DNA from: a virus
Length of the DNA: 64,000 nt
IMG/VR virus record: IMGVR_UViG_3300042308_001049
Span: 1 to 64,000 of that record
Reading direction: 5' to 3' (one strand)
Shown: positions 38,427 through 46,218 of the stretch, in pieces
Layout of the letters: every line of letters starts with the position of its first letter
How positions within the stretch are numbered: position 1 is the first letter of the stretch
Made by a program: the position numbers and the translations under genes
Notes under the pieces: model-generated
The model's input: the letters and a program-made list of their open reading frames with translations, nothing else
Databases searched by the model: none
Told to the model about the DNA's origin: nothing

Positions 38427-38490
38427 TCACCCCTTATTTTTTTACCCCAAAAAGGGATGTTATATTTAGACGTAATTAAAAATAATGGTT

Positions 38491-38823
38491 ATGAAAAACG
38501 AAAAAATGATCGTGAATGAAGAGTTGATCGGTAAATACATCAACCAGGTATTGTGGAGCGATGTTAATCCGGTAGGCAAAATTATCGCAATCAAAGGCAA
38601 AACCAAAGTATTGATTCAACCGGTTTGTGCCAGCAAAAATAAAGCCAAAATGGAATTCGTACCGGGTGGTTTTTCAGCGGTGTGTTTGAATCAAAATGAA
38701 CAACATTACGATTTCATGGAGGTGGGAGAGGTATTTGAAACGACTCTGAGCCATGCCAAGATGAAAAAAGCGTTCTGGAATATTGACGACGCACCATATA
38801 AGCAATATGATTATAACTTCTAA
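38491..38823 (+). CDS. Early protein
   Basis: FVPGGFSAVC.NQ..Q, YDYNF. Confidence 0.8.
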   Translation: MKNEKMIVNEELIGKYINQVLWSDVNPVGKIIAIKGKTKVLIQPVCASKNKAKMEFVPGGFSAVCLNQNEQHYDFMEVGEVFETTLSHAKMKKAFWNIDDAPYKQYDYNF

Positions 38824-38836
38824 ATAGAAGATACGG

Positions 38837-38873
38837 AGAGGGGAAAGGGCCGAAAGGCTCTTTCTTCTTTTTT
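38837..38873 (+). terminator. Intrinsic terminator closing the array
   Basis: AAAGGGCC-GAAA-GGCTCTTT with extension and T tract. Confidence 0.8.
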
Positions 38874-39165
38874 GGAAAAGAGGGGTGTACGTGGTACGTG
38901 ATATATACTTTATATGTGGTATATCCCCCCGCGCGCTGTTATCCATACATGCTTGGATACTGGGAAAGAATTTTTTTGATGTAAGGATGAAATAAAGGTA
39001 ACTTCCACCATCGGATAGTATATACTTATATATTTGCACCGCCCACCATACCCCCATACCACACCATCCTATACCATGCCCATCCCCCACACCCACACCC
39101 CAATTTCCGGATTTGCCCTTTTACCCATTTTTTCCAGCTCCCTAAATCCTTCTTTCTTAAAAAAG
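38874..39165. other. Non-coding block with C-rich tract
   Basis: GTACGTGGTAC shared with 32175; CCCATCCCCCACACCCACACCCC (minus-strand G4 motif, 39079-39101). Confidence 0.5.
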
Positions 39166-39227
39166 TTTGGCTACCATAAGGTATATACATATATTCAGGT
39201 ATTAATGAAAACAAAGTAAATAAGTTT

Positions 39228-39446
39228 ATGTGGGCATTTGCAGTTGTAGGAGCATTATTACTATTCGCGTTTATTAACGGTTTAATTCACTTATTTAAAC
39301 CAGACAAACCCACTATCATTAGATGTATCGCCTTTATGGTCGGGTTGGTATTATCCAATATTTTATTTGATTGGGGAATTGAACGTATGGAATGGTTTTT
39401 AGGACTGTCTATTACTATGGTGGGTCTTTGGAAATGGTATGAGTAA
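39228..39446 (+). CDS. Small membrane protein
   Basis: About three TM segments; promoter at 39166. Confidence 0.7.
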   Translation: MWAFAVVGALLLFAFINGLIHLFKPDKPTIIRCIAFMVGLVLSNILFDWGIERMEWFLGLSITMVGLWKWYE

Positions 39447-39564
39447 GGAGCGTATATACGGATATGTGGATGTGGGTGGGATGCAAGGAAACTTTCGAGC
39501 TGAGGCTTGGCTTCCCAAGATTTTTTCCATAACTTCACCCCACTGGAGTTAATAAATTAAGGTT

Positions 39565-39723
39565 ATGAAGATTCGCTTTAATGATACATTTCTATTTATT
39601 ATTGGAATTATATTTTTCATAGGAGGATATTTTACTGAGACTATAGGTTCATATTTTGTATTTGGTTTATGTCTTGGTACTTTAATTAATCACGCTGTCC
39701 AAGATTTTAAGAATAAAAAATAA
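39565..39723 (+). CDS. 52 aa membrane protein
   Basis: GGTTATG leader; two hydrophobic segments; TAATG coupling. Confidence 0.6.
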   Translation: MKIRFNDTFLFIIGIIFFIGGYFTETIGSYFVFGLCLGTLINHAVQDFKNKK

Positions 39724-40226
39724 TGAGTTACTATTCAGAAACATCTATTAAACATCCTATTCAAAAGATTACTTATGAAGAGGCTAAACAATATATTCCC
39801 TTAAAAGAAGATTATACTGGTGTAACAGTAGATAAATGTCCATACTACACCATGACTGAAGGTGAGGACGGGTGGACTCTGGTGACATATTACACTGGGA
39901 GAAAACGAGCGAGGTATGTTAACCTAGATAAAGAATATGATTCATGGGTTTATGTTATATCTAACCCTAGCATTCCTGGTCAAATAAAAATTGGTTATAC
40001 TGATCTTACTCCTGAGAAACGAGCTCAACAATTGTCTCGATCAACAGGTGTTCCAACTCCATTTATTGTTGAATGGGCATTCCATTGTTTTAATGGGGCT
40101 CAATTGGAAGGTGAGGTTCATCGTTACTTAGAGGCATCACGTGTGTCTGGTAATAGAGAATTTTTTGATACTTCTATTAGTGAAGCTAGAGACACTATTG
40201 TTAGGTTCGGACAAAATTATCTTTAG
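39723..40226 (+). CDS. T5orf172/GIY-YIG-like domain protein
   Basis: WVYVISNP..PG.IKIGYT...R..QL...TGVPTPF, LE..VH, REFF. Confidence 0.88.
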   Translation: MSYYSETSIKHPIQKITYEEAKQYIPLKEDYTGVTVDKCPYYTMTEGEDGWTLVTYYTGRKRARYVNLDKEYDSWVYVISNPSIPGQIKIGYTDLTPEKRAQQLSRSTGVPTPFIVEWAFHCFNGAQLEGEVHRYLEASRVSGNREFFDTSISEARDTIVRFGQNYL

Positions 40227-40282
40227 GTTTGGCTACCCAAGAATATATACATATATTTAGGTGTTAATTAAAAATTAAAGTT

Positions 40283-41467
40283 ATGAGTAAAACAAAGAAA
40301 CATGATCTGGTATCGGTAAACGTGAATGAGCTCAAAGAGTTCCTTACCCATATCATCAACAACAACCGTTACCTGCAAGAGAATGGTAAGCCATCAGTTT
40401 CAATTGAAGTTGTAGGTGAATCAGGTATTGGTAAAACATCTTCAATCATCCAGCTAGCTAATGAGTTGGATTTGCATTTTGTTAAATTGAACCTCGCACA
40501 AATTGAAGAAATTGGTGACTTGGTTGGTTTTCCAATCCGTCAATTTGAACTTACAAAAGGTTCTGATAAAGTATGGGTTGATGAGAATTTGATTAAAGAA
40601 TATCAAGATCAAGGTTTTAAATCAACTGGTTTGAACCGAATGAGTTACTGCGCACCTGAATGGATTAGTGGTAAAGAAAAAGGAGGTATTTTGCTTCTGG
40701 ATGACTGGAACCGCGCTGATATTCGTTTCATTCAAGCTGTAATGGAGCTGATTGATCGTCAACAATATATTAGCTGGACATTACCTAAAGATTGGCATAT
40801 CATTTTGACTGCTAATCCTGACACAGGTGAATATTTGGTTAATAGTATTGATAACGCACAAAAAACACGATTTATTTCAGTTAATCTAAAGTATGATGTT
40901 GACTGTTGGGGTAAATGGGCTGAAGAAAATGAAATGGATGGTCGTTGTATCAACTTCATGCTTATGCATCCTGAATTGGTTACTAAAGAGATAAACAGCC
41001 GAAGTGTTAGTATGTTCTTTAATTCTATTTCTTCACTTAAGAATTTTGAAGAGTCATTGCCTCTAATTCAAATGGTTGGAGAAGGATCAGTTGGTTCTGA
41101 GTTTAGTACTATGTTCACTATGTTTATTAATAACAAGTTGGACCGTATGATTACTCCTGAGAATATCTTGAACCAAGATGAAAAGTATGTTATGAATACT
41201 TTAAAAAGTTTAGTTGGTAAGGAAGATAAATATCGAGCAGATATTGCCTCAACACTCTCAACTCGATTGGCTAACTATTTGGATATTAAAGCTAAAACTG
41301 AGAAAATCTCAAATGAAATTATTAACCGTATCTCGGCACTGGTAAAGGAGGAAATTTTTACCACTGATATCTGTTACAATATGGTTAAGAATATCTACAA
41401 TAGTAATCCGACACAGTTCAAGATGATGATGGTAGATAAGAATTTGGTTAAATATATTATGAAATAA
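40283..41467 (+). CDS. AAA+ ATPase (MoxR-like)
   Basis: GESGIGKT, DLVGFP, LLLDDWNRA, TANP; early promoter at 40228. Confidence 0.9.
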   Translation: MSKTKKHDLVSVNVNELKEFLTHIINNNRYLQENGKPSVSIEVVGESGIGKTSSIIQLANELDLHFVKLNLAQIEEIGDLVGFPIRQFELTKGSDKVWVDENLIKEYQDQGFKSTGLNRMSYCAPEWISGKEKGGILLLDDWNRADIRFIQAVMELIDRQQYISWTLPKDWHIILTANPDTGEYLVNSIDNAQKTRFISVNLKYDVDCWGKWAEENEMDGRCINFMLMHPELVTKEINSRSVSMFFNSISSLKNFEESLPLIQMVGEGSVGSEFSTMFTMFINNKLDRMITPENILNQDEKYVMNTLKSLVGKEDKYRADIASTLSTRLANYLDIKAKTEKISNEIINRISALVKEEIFTTDICYNMVKNIYNSNPTQFKMMMVDKNLVKYIMK

Positions 41468-41470
41468 GTT

Positions 41471-42532
41471 ATGAGTAAGAATACATACGCTATATATTCA
41501 ATAAGAAATTACAACAATGATATCATTATATATGATTCAAGTAGCCAGACAAAAGACCCATATAAATTTAAAAGTAATTTTGCCCCACTTGTAGAGTTCG
41601 CTGGAGAGCTTCTTAAAGATAAATCACAAAAGCCTCATGGGAATGTTTATACAGCCACTACTTGCAAGATTCCACGTGATAAAATGAAGGTTTATTTTCA
41701 AGAAAATAATCTTAAGAAAACTACTCGTACTTATTTAGCTGATACTGTATTGATTGATCTAGAATCTCTTGATAAGGTTCTTAGAATATTTCCAAAACAA
41801 CATAGTTGGACTAAAGGATTTATGATCCCTTCAGAGGATGTTGTAAAGAATAGCCATCTTTTTGATATTGATCATAATAGAAACAATTCATGGTCTCAAC
41901 CATATTTTACAATACATGATCAAGTACTTAAAGGAGAACATGATGTTTTTATTAAAACATATGATGATAGAGCTACTCAAATTGTCAAATCGTCATTTCC
42001 AGAGGCTGAGAAAATTGAAATTTTAAGTTATCCAACTGGAGATCTTCTTAAAACACTTGAACTTCTAACTTTCCTTAAAAGTCACCCAAATATTACAGTA
42101 GTATTTGATACTACTTTAAATGAGGGGATGACTAATGAAGGTATTGAGATGGATGACGAGATTGAGAAACAAGTAATGCAAATGCTTAAATCTACAGATA
42201 TTAATGACACTAAAATGGCGATTGAGATTTGTAGTAACTTTGATTTAGAAAAATCATTGTTTCGTATTGCTTTTATGTTTAACAAACATAAGAATTGTTT
42301 TATTGGTAAGCAAAGTATGCTAACTAAAACTAGTTACAAACAAATTGATGCTTATATTCGTAGTAAAGGTATTGGTTGGATGAGTGATCGAGATACATTC
42401 TTAAGTGATATGTTTGTACTTTATAAGGATGATGAAAAAATTACTCCAATTATTAAACGACACATCCAGGACTATCTTCAATCTCAACTTAAACATACTA
42501 AAATTAAACTAACTGACATTAGTTTGGCTTAA
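41471..42532 (+). CDS. Hypothetical protein
   Basis: 353 aa between AAA and vWA genes. Confidence 0.8.
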   Translation: MSKNTYAIYSIRNYNNDIIIYDSSSQTKDPYKFKSNFAPLVEFAGELLKDKSQKPHGNVYTATTCKIPRDKMKVYFQENNLKKTTRTYLADTVLIDLESLDKVLRIFPKQHSWTKGFMIPSEDVVKNSHLFDIDHNRNNSWSQPYFTIHDQVLKGEHDVFIKTYDDRATQIVKSSFPEAEKIEILSYPTGDLLKTLELLTFLKSHPNITVVFDTTLNEGMTNEGIEMDDEIEKQVMQMLKSTDINDTKMAIEICSNFDLEKSLFRIAFMFNKHKNCFIGKQSMLTKTSYKQIDAYIRSKGIGWMSDRDTFLSDMFVLYKDDEKITPIIKRHIQDYLQSQLKHTKIKLTDISLA

Positions 42533-42571
42533 CCCAATATCTTACTTATATTTAGGTAAAAGAAATAAGTT

Positions 42572-43741
42572 ATGAATGTATATGAAGAAGTAGTTAAACA
42601 CTCAAAGAAGTTAATGTTTGACGAACCATTCTATGGGTTGATGCTCATAGCGATGAATAAGGAACTTAGTGAGCGAATTGACACTGCATGTGTTACTCGA
42701 GATAATATCAACACTAAGTTGATGGTCAATCCTGAGTTTTGGGCTACATTGGATGAGAGTACTAAAACAGGTGTTCTTAAACATGAGTTGCTCCATATCG
42801 CGTTCTTTCACCTACTTAATATGGATGGTTTTCCAGATCGTAAACTACACAACGTAGCCGCGGATTTGGAAATTAACCAGTATATTGAGGATAATTATAA
42901 AGGAGAAAAATGGGATGGTTTAGAGATTCATAAGGAACCATTTGCTAAACTTAATCTTGAACCTAAACAAGGTACTAAGTATTACTACTCAATGCTCCAG
43001 GAGGAAATTCAAAACAATCCTGAAGGTGATGTAGCCAAGTTTATGGAAGGAATGGATCCGATGCATGAGTTATGGGAAGCATTTGATGGTTTGTCTGATG
43101 CTGAAAAGAAGCTTATTGCTAAACAAATCGACCACCAACTCAAAGAAATTGCTGATCAGGTTCAAAAGAGCTGTGGTACTATACCAGGTGAGTTGAAAGA
43201 TTATGTTTTAGGTTTGTTTGAGATGGAAGAACCAGTATTGGACTGGAAAGCTTACCTACGACGTTTTAATGGTATGTCTCAAAAGATTCTTACTAAAAAG
43301 ACTCGTCGTAAACCATCTCGACGTTACCCATCTAATCCCGCCCTTAAAGTAAAGCCTAAGAAACGTACACTTGTTGCCATAGACACATCAGGTAGCGTAA
43401 ATAACGATGAATTAAAGGAGTTCTTTAATGAAATCTATCACATGTATAAAACCGGAACTGAGATTACAGTGGTTGAATGTGACGCTAAAATTCAACGAGA
43501 GTATGAATATAAAGGTAAGTTAGAAGAAATTAAGGTAGCAGGACGTGGTGGTACTGATTTTGAACCAGTGATGGTTTACCTAAAAGAACATCAAAACAAG
43601 TTTCAAAACCTAATTTATTTTACTGATGGTGAATGTAGTGCTCCTGAAACAAAACCGATGAAACCTATTTTGTGGGTTCATAGTTCACGTTCACCTATCA
43701 ATGAAGAACTCCCAGGAGCTAAAATTAAAATTACCCGATAA
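42572..43741 (+). CDS. DUF2201-type metallopeptidase plus vWA protein
   Basis: HELLH, N.AADLEINQ; MIDAS DTSGS, GGTDF, FTDG. Confidence 0.9.
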   Translation: MNVYEEVVKHSKKLMFDEPFYGLMLIAMNKELSERIDTACVTRDNINTKLMVNPEFWATLDESTKTGVLKHELLHIAFFHLLNMDGFPDRKLHNVAADLEINQYIEDNYKGEKWDGLEIHKEPFAKLNLEPKQGTKYYYSMLQEEIQNNPEGDVAKFMEGMDPMHELWEAFDGLSDAEKKLIAKQIDHQLKEIADQVQKSCGTIPGELKDYVLGLFEMEEPVLDWKAYLRRFNGMSQKILTKKTRRKPSRRYPSNPALKVKPKKRTLVAIDTSGSVNNDELKEFFNEIYHMYKTGTEITVVECDAKIQREYEYKGKLEEIKVAGRGGTDFEPVMVYLKEHQNKFQNLIYFTDGECSAPETKPMKPILWVHSSRSPINEELPGAKIKITR

Positions 43742-44526
43742 TGGCATCGAAAATTTCATTAAATAATCCTAATCCATGGAAACAACCTCTAGATGTGATT
43801 CCACTACCCTCTAATATTGAGGAAATTGTATATCCACTATTGGGTATGTGTAATAAGTTGGTTTTAGGTGGTAGTTTAGGGCTGTATGTTATGGACATTA
43901 TGGAATACAATTTTAATAAGCGTAAACCTGATATTGACTTTTCCTTAACTGAGCCTTTAACAGTTGAAGAACTTAATACTATTAAGGATTTCTTCCAGTT
44001 GGGGTTTGTATTAGGAAATAATGACTATGATTTTGAATCAGTTCAGGCTAGTCCTACTGGAGATAAAATAATAAAAACAAAATCAGCAGAACACTTCTTA
44101 ACTAAAGAACTTATCCAACTTTCGAAGTTGGATGAGAAGGGAAATGTTCTATATACTATTGACTTCTTTAATTCACAATATATGAAGTCAAAAGATGTAG
44201 TTGAGGTGAGAATACCATTTCAAGATAACCCATCTTCTAAATTCCCACTTCGAGTAAATCACCCAGCTATCACAATCTCATACAAGGCACGATACGCTTA
44301 TGATACTCGAGTAGGTAAACAGTTTAAACACTGGGAAGATATTGAAAAGATTGATAAGAAGAAGTACTTTCAAATCATTAAAAAGATTAAAACTAAACAA
44401 GTTAAGTCTACAACAACAGATACTTCTTCTAAAGACTCTTACAAGACCAAATCATACTTTGATCCATACGATAATATGGAAACAGCTTCCTCAAGTAGTA
44501 TGAGCTGGGGTAACTTACCATTCTAA
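43741..44526 (+). CDS. Pol-beta-superfamily nucleotidyltransferase-like protein
   Basis: LGGS...PDIDF...TIDFF. Confidence 0.65.
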   Translation: MASKISLNNPNPWKQPLDVIPLPSNIEEIVYPLLGMCNKLVLGGSLGLYVMDIMEYNFNKRKPDIDFSLTEPLTVEELNTIKDFFQLGFVLGNNDYDFESVQASPTGDKIIKTKSAEHFLTKELIQLSKLDEKGNVLYTIDFFNSQYMKSKDVVEVRIPFQDNPSSKFPLRVNHPAITISYKARYAYDTRVGKQFKHWEDIEKIDKKKYFQIIKKIKTKQVKSTTTDTSSKDSYKTKSYFDPYDNMETASSSSMSWGNLPF

Positions 44527-44583
44527 AGTTTGGCTACAGCGTAAATAGATGTTATATTTATATCATAGAAAAAAATAAATGTT

Positions 44584-44781
44584 ATGGATAAGTTTAAGCA
44601 AACGTTAGTTGAAGCAATTGAGGAGAATAAAGAAGAAATGATTTCTCCATCACGCGAATATACAGATAATGAAATCATCTGGATGCGTGGTTACACTCAG
44701 GCGCTTCAAGACATGTTAAATGACTTCACTGAGGACTATAACAAGTTCATTGAAGATCTTATTAAAGTTCAACTTAACTAA
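44584..44781 (+). CDS. Hypothetical protein
   Basis: 65 aa; early promoter at 44529. Confidence 0.75.
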   Translation: MDKFKQTLVEAIEENKEEMISPSREYTDNEIIWMRGYTQALQDMLNDFTEDYNKFIEDLIKVQLN

Positions 44782-44796
44782 TATTTATATTTTATT

Positions 44797-44876
44797 GCAC
44801 CCGTGGTGAAACAGGTAGACACAAGGGACTTAAAATCCCTCGCGCAAGCATGCCGGTTCGATTCCGGCCGGGTGTA
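44797..44876 (+). tRNA. tRNA-Leu(TAA)
   Basis: GCACCCG/CGGGTGT acceptor, AGGGA-CTTAAAA-TCCCT, GGTTCGATTCC. Confidence 0.93.
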
Positions 44877-44881
44877 CAAAG

Positions 44882-44941
44882 AAGGGGAGACTAAGGTTTC
44901 CGGCTACAAGTTGTTCGCGACAATAAGGTAGGTAGCCCCTT
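44882..44941 (+). ncRNA. Candidate ~60-nt three-way-junction RNA
   Basis: AAGG/CCTT, GGAGAC/GTTTCC, GGCTAC/GTAGCC, TTGT/ACAA helices between two tRNAs. Confidence 0.45.
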
Positions 44942-44948
44942 AAAACAT

Positions 44949-45022
44949 GGTCCGGTAGCTCAGTTGGATAGAGCATCGCACTTCTAATGCGACGGTCGAA
45001 GGTTCGAATCCTTCTCGGATCA
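44949..45022 (+). tRNA. tRNA-Arg(TCT)
   Basis: TCGCA-CTTCTAA-TGCGA; canonical D and T arms. Confidence 0.95.
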
Positions 45023-45030
45023 CTAAATAC

Positions 45031-45107
45031 TGGCAAGTATCTCCTCAAGCTTATACCTTGTAGAAAGAGTAACTGGTCACATGAGGGTTCGAGTCCCTTC
45101 TTGCCAA
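45031..45107 (+). tRNA. Atypical tRNA-like gene, anticodon-like TAT, no D-arm
   Basis: TGGCAAG/CTTGCCA acceptor, GAGGG-TTCGAGT-CCCTT T arm, CAAG-CTTATAC-CTTG arm only 8 nt after acceptor. Confidence 0.6.
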
Positions 45108-45108
45108 C

Positions 45109-45233
45109 AGAGAGAGGTAGTGAAGCTGTAGTTGGGAGGTAGAGTGTATTAGTTACTGAAAAAGGGTTTATAGTAGGTAGGCGTCACTTATTGCACTCAA
45201 CCAGAAACCCTGAAAGACCCGAAACCTCTCTTT
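45109..45233 (+). ncRNA. Candidate ~125-nt pseudoknotted RNA
   Basis: Closing AGAGAGGT/ACCTCTCT; crossing helices GAGTGTA/TGCACTC and AGGGTTT/AAACCCT. Confidence 0.55.
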
Positions 45234-45236
45234 AAA

Positions 45237-45322
45237 GGAAGGTTACTCAAGTGGCCTAAGAGGATGGTTTGCTAAACCATTAGGGTGTAACAGCCGCGAG
45301 GGTTCGAATCCCTCACCTTCCG
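45237..45322 (+). tRNA. tRNA-Ser(GCT)
   Basis: ATGGT-TTGCTAA-ACCAT; long variable arm; G discriminator. Confidence 0.93.
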
Positions 45323-45339
45323 CATAATACCACGTTATA

Positions 45340-45801
45340 ATGAACTCAATATTCCGAAGCGGCACAACTCATAAACCAATACAGTTAGTACCTTATCTAC
45401 TGGATTACATACGAAATAATCCAGAGACAAAAATATATGTTGGTTCTGACTCTCAAAACCGTGGTCCTGAAACTGTTTACTGCACAGCAGTAGTACTCCG
45501 ATATAGAAGCAGAGGTTGTCATGTTTTGTACCACAAAACAAAAGTACCAATTGTTAGAGATTTTTGGTCGCGTTTATGGAAAGAAACAGAATTGTCAATC
45601 GAAGCTGCTCTATTCATTACAGAAAATAGCCCACTTAAAATCGAATCAATCGATCTGGATTTTAACGACGATGAATATAAAGCATCTAACAAACTTGTAG
45701 CAGCATCAAAGGGTTGGGTGCAAGCAACTGGCTTTAGAAGTACTACAAAACCAGCTCTTCAAATCGCGACAAGAGCTGCCGACCATATTATACGGACTTA
45801 A
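45340..45801 (+). CDS. RNase H-like YkuK (DUF458) family protein
   Basis: IYVGSDSQ, RLWKE.ELS, DLDFN, AADH. Confidence 0.85.
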   Translation: MNSIFRSGTTHKPIQLVPYLLDYIRNNPETKIYVGSDSQNRGPETVYCTAVVLRYRSRGCHVLYHKTKVPIVRDFWSRLWKETELSIEAALFITENSPLKIESIDLDFNDDEYKASNKLVAASKGWVQATGFRSTTKPALQIATRAADHIIRT

Positions 45802-45809
45802 CAAACAAA

Positions 45810-45878
45810 TTTGGTTATCCAAAATATTGTTCGTATATTTATATAGTTGAAAAAGCAACATGTTATTTGACATATTGG
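45810..45878 (+). promoter_or_regulatory. Early-type promoter plus boxA-like antitermination element
   Basis: TTTG-N20-TATATTTA then TGTTATTTGACATATTG ahead of tRNA run. Confidence 0.6.
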
Positions 45879-45885
45879 TAAAAAT

Positions 45886-45965
45886 GCCGAAGTGGTGGAA
45901 TGGTAGACACGCTGGTCTTAGGAACCAGTGCCTAGTGTGTGTGGGTTCGAGTCCCACCTTCGGTA
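45886..45965 (+). tRNA. tRNA-Leu(TAG)
   Basis: CTGGT-CTTAGGA-ACCAG. Confidence 0.93.
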
Positions 45966-45973
45966 CATAAATT

Positions 45974-46045
45974 GCTCTTGTAGCGCAGCGGTAGCGCAGT
46001 TGACTGTTAATCAATTGGTCGTTGGTTCGAATCCAGCCAGGAGCG
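45974..46045 (+). tRNA. tRNA-Asn(GTT)
   Basis: GTTGA-CTGTTAA-TCAAT. Confidence 0.95.
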
Positions 46046-46052
46046 CAAATAT

Positions 46053-46124
46053 TGTGGGATAGAGCAGAGGTAGCTCGCAAGGCTCATAACCTTGAGGTCG
46101 GGGGTTCGATTCCCTCTCCCGCTA
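46053..46124 (+). tRNA. tRNA-Met(CAT), initiator-like
   Basis: CAAGG-CTCATAA-CCTTG; T1:T72 mismatch. Confidence 0.88.
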
Positions 46125-46129
46125 CAAAT

Positions 46130-46206
46130 AGTCAGGTGGGCGTAATGAGGCATTGGTGGCCGAATCCTATATGGTTGCTTCCCCGGTTCGAGTCCGGCCC
46201 TGACTA
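46130..46206 (+). tRNA. tRNA-like gene without canonical D or anticodon arms
   Basis: AGTCAGG/CCTGACT acceptor and CCGG-TTCGAGT-CCGG T arm; middle forms a wobble-rich stem with 9-nt loop. Confidence 0.5.
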
Positions 46207-46218
46207 CAATAATTACAA

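Larger units (their letters stand above)
32806..38490 (+). repeat. Dispersed ~55-bp promoter/leader repeat ahead of most small genes
   Basis: YTTG-N~20-TATATTTA-(GG/GA/AA)YGTAATTAAAAA...GTTATG near 32806, 33042, 33277, 33508, 33776, 33904, 34254, 34466, 34701, 35168, 35697, 35925, 36855, 37161, 37486, 37837, 38170; partial at 38461. Confidence 0.92.

Noticed and set aside
32806-38490. CRISPR array or integron reading of the repeats
   Set aside because: Repeats are degenerate promoters, the spacers are 70-900 bp of intact ORFs, and no attC structure, integrase or cas operon is visible
45109-45233. Canonical hammerhead ribozyme
   Set aside because: GUA and GAAAC fit stem III, but CUGANGA spacing is off and stems I and II cannot be built
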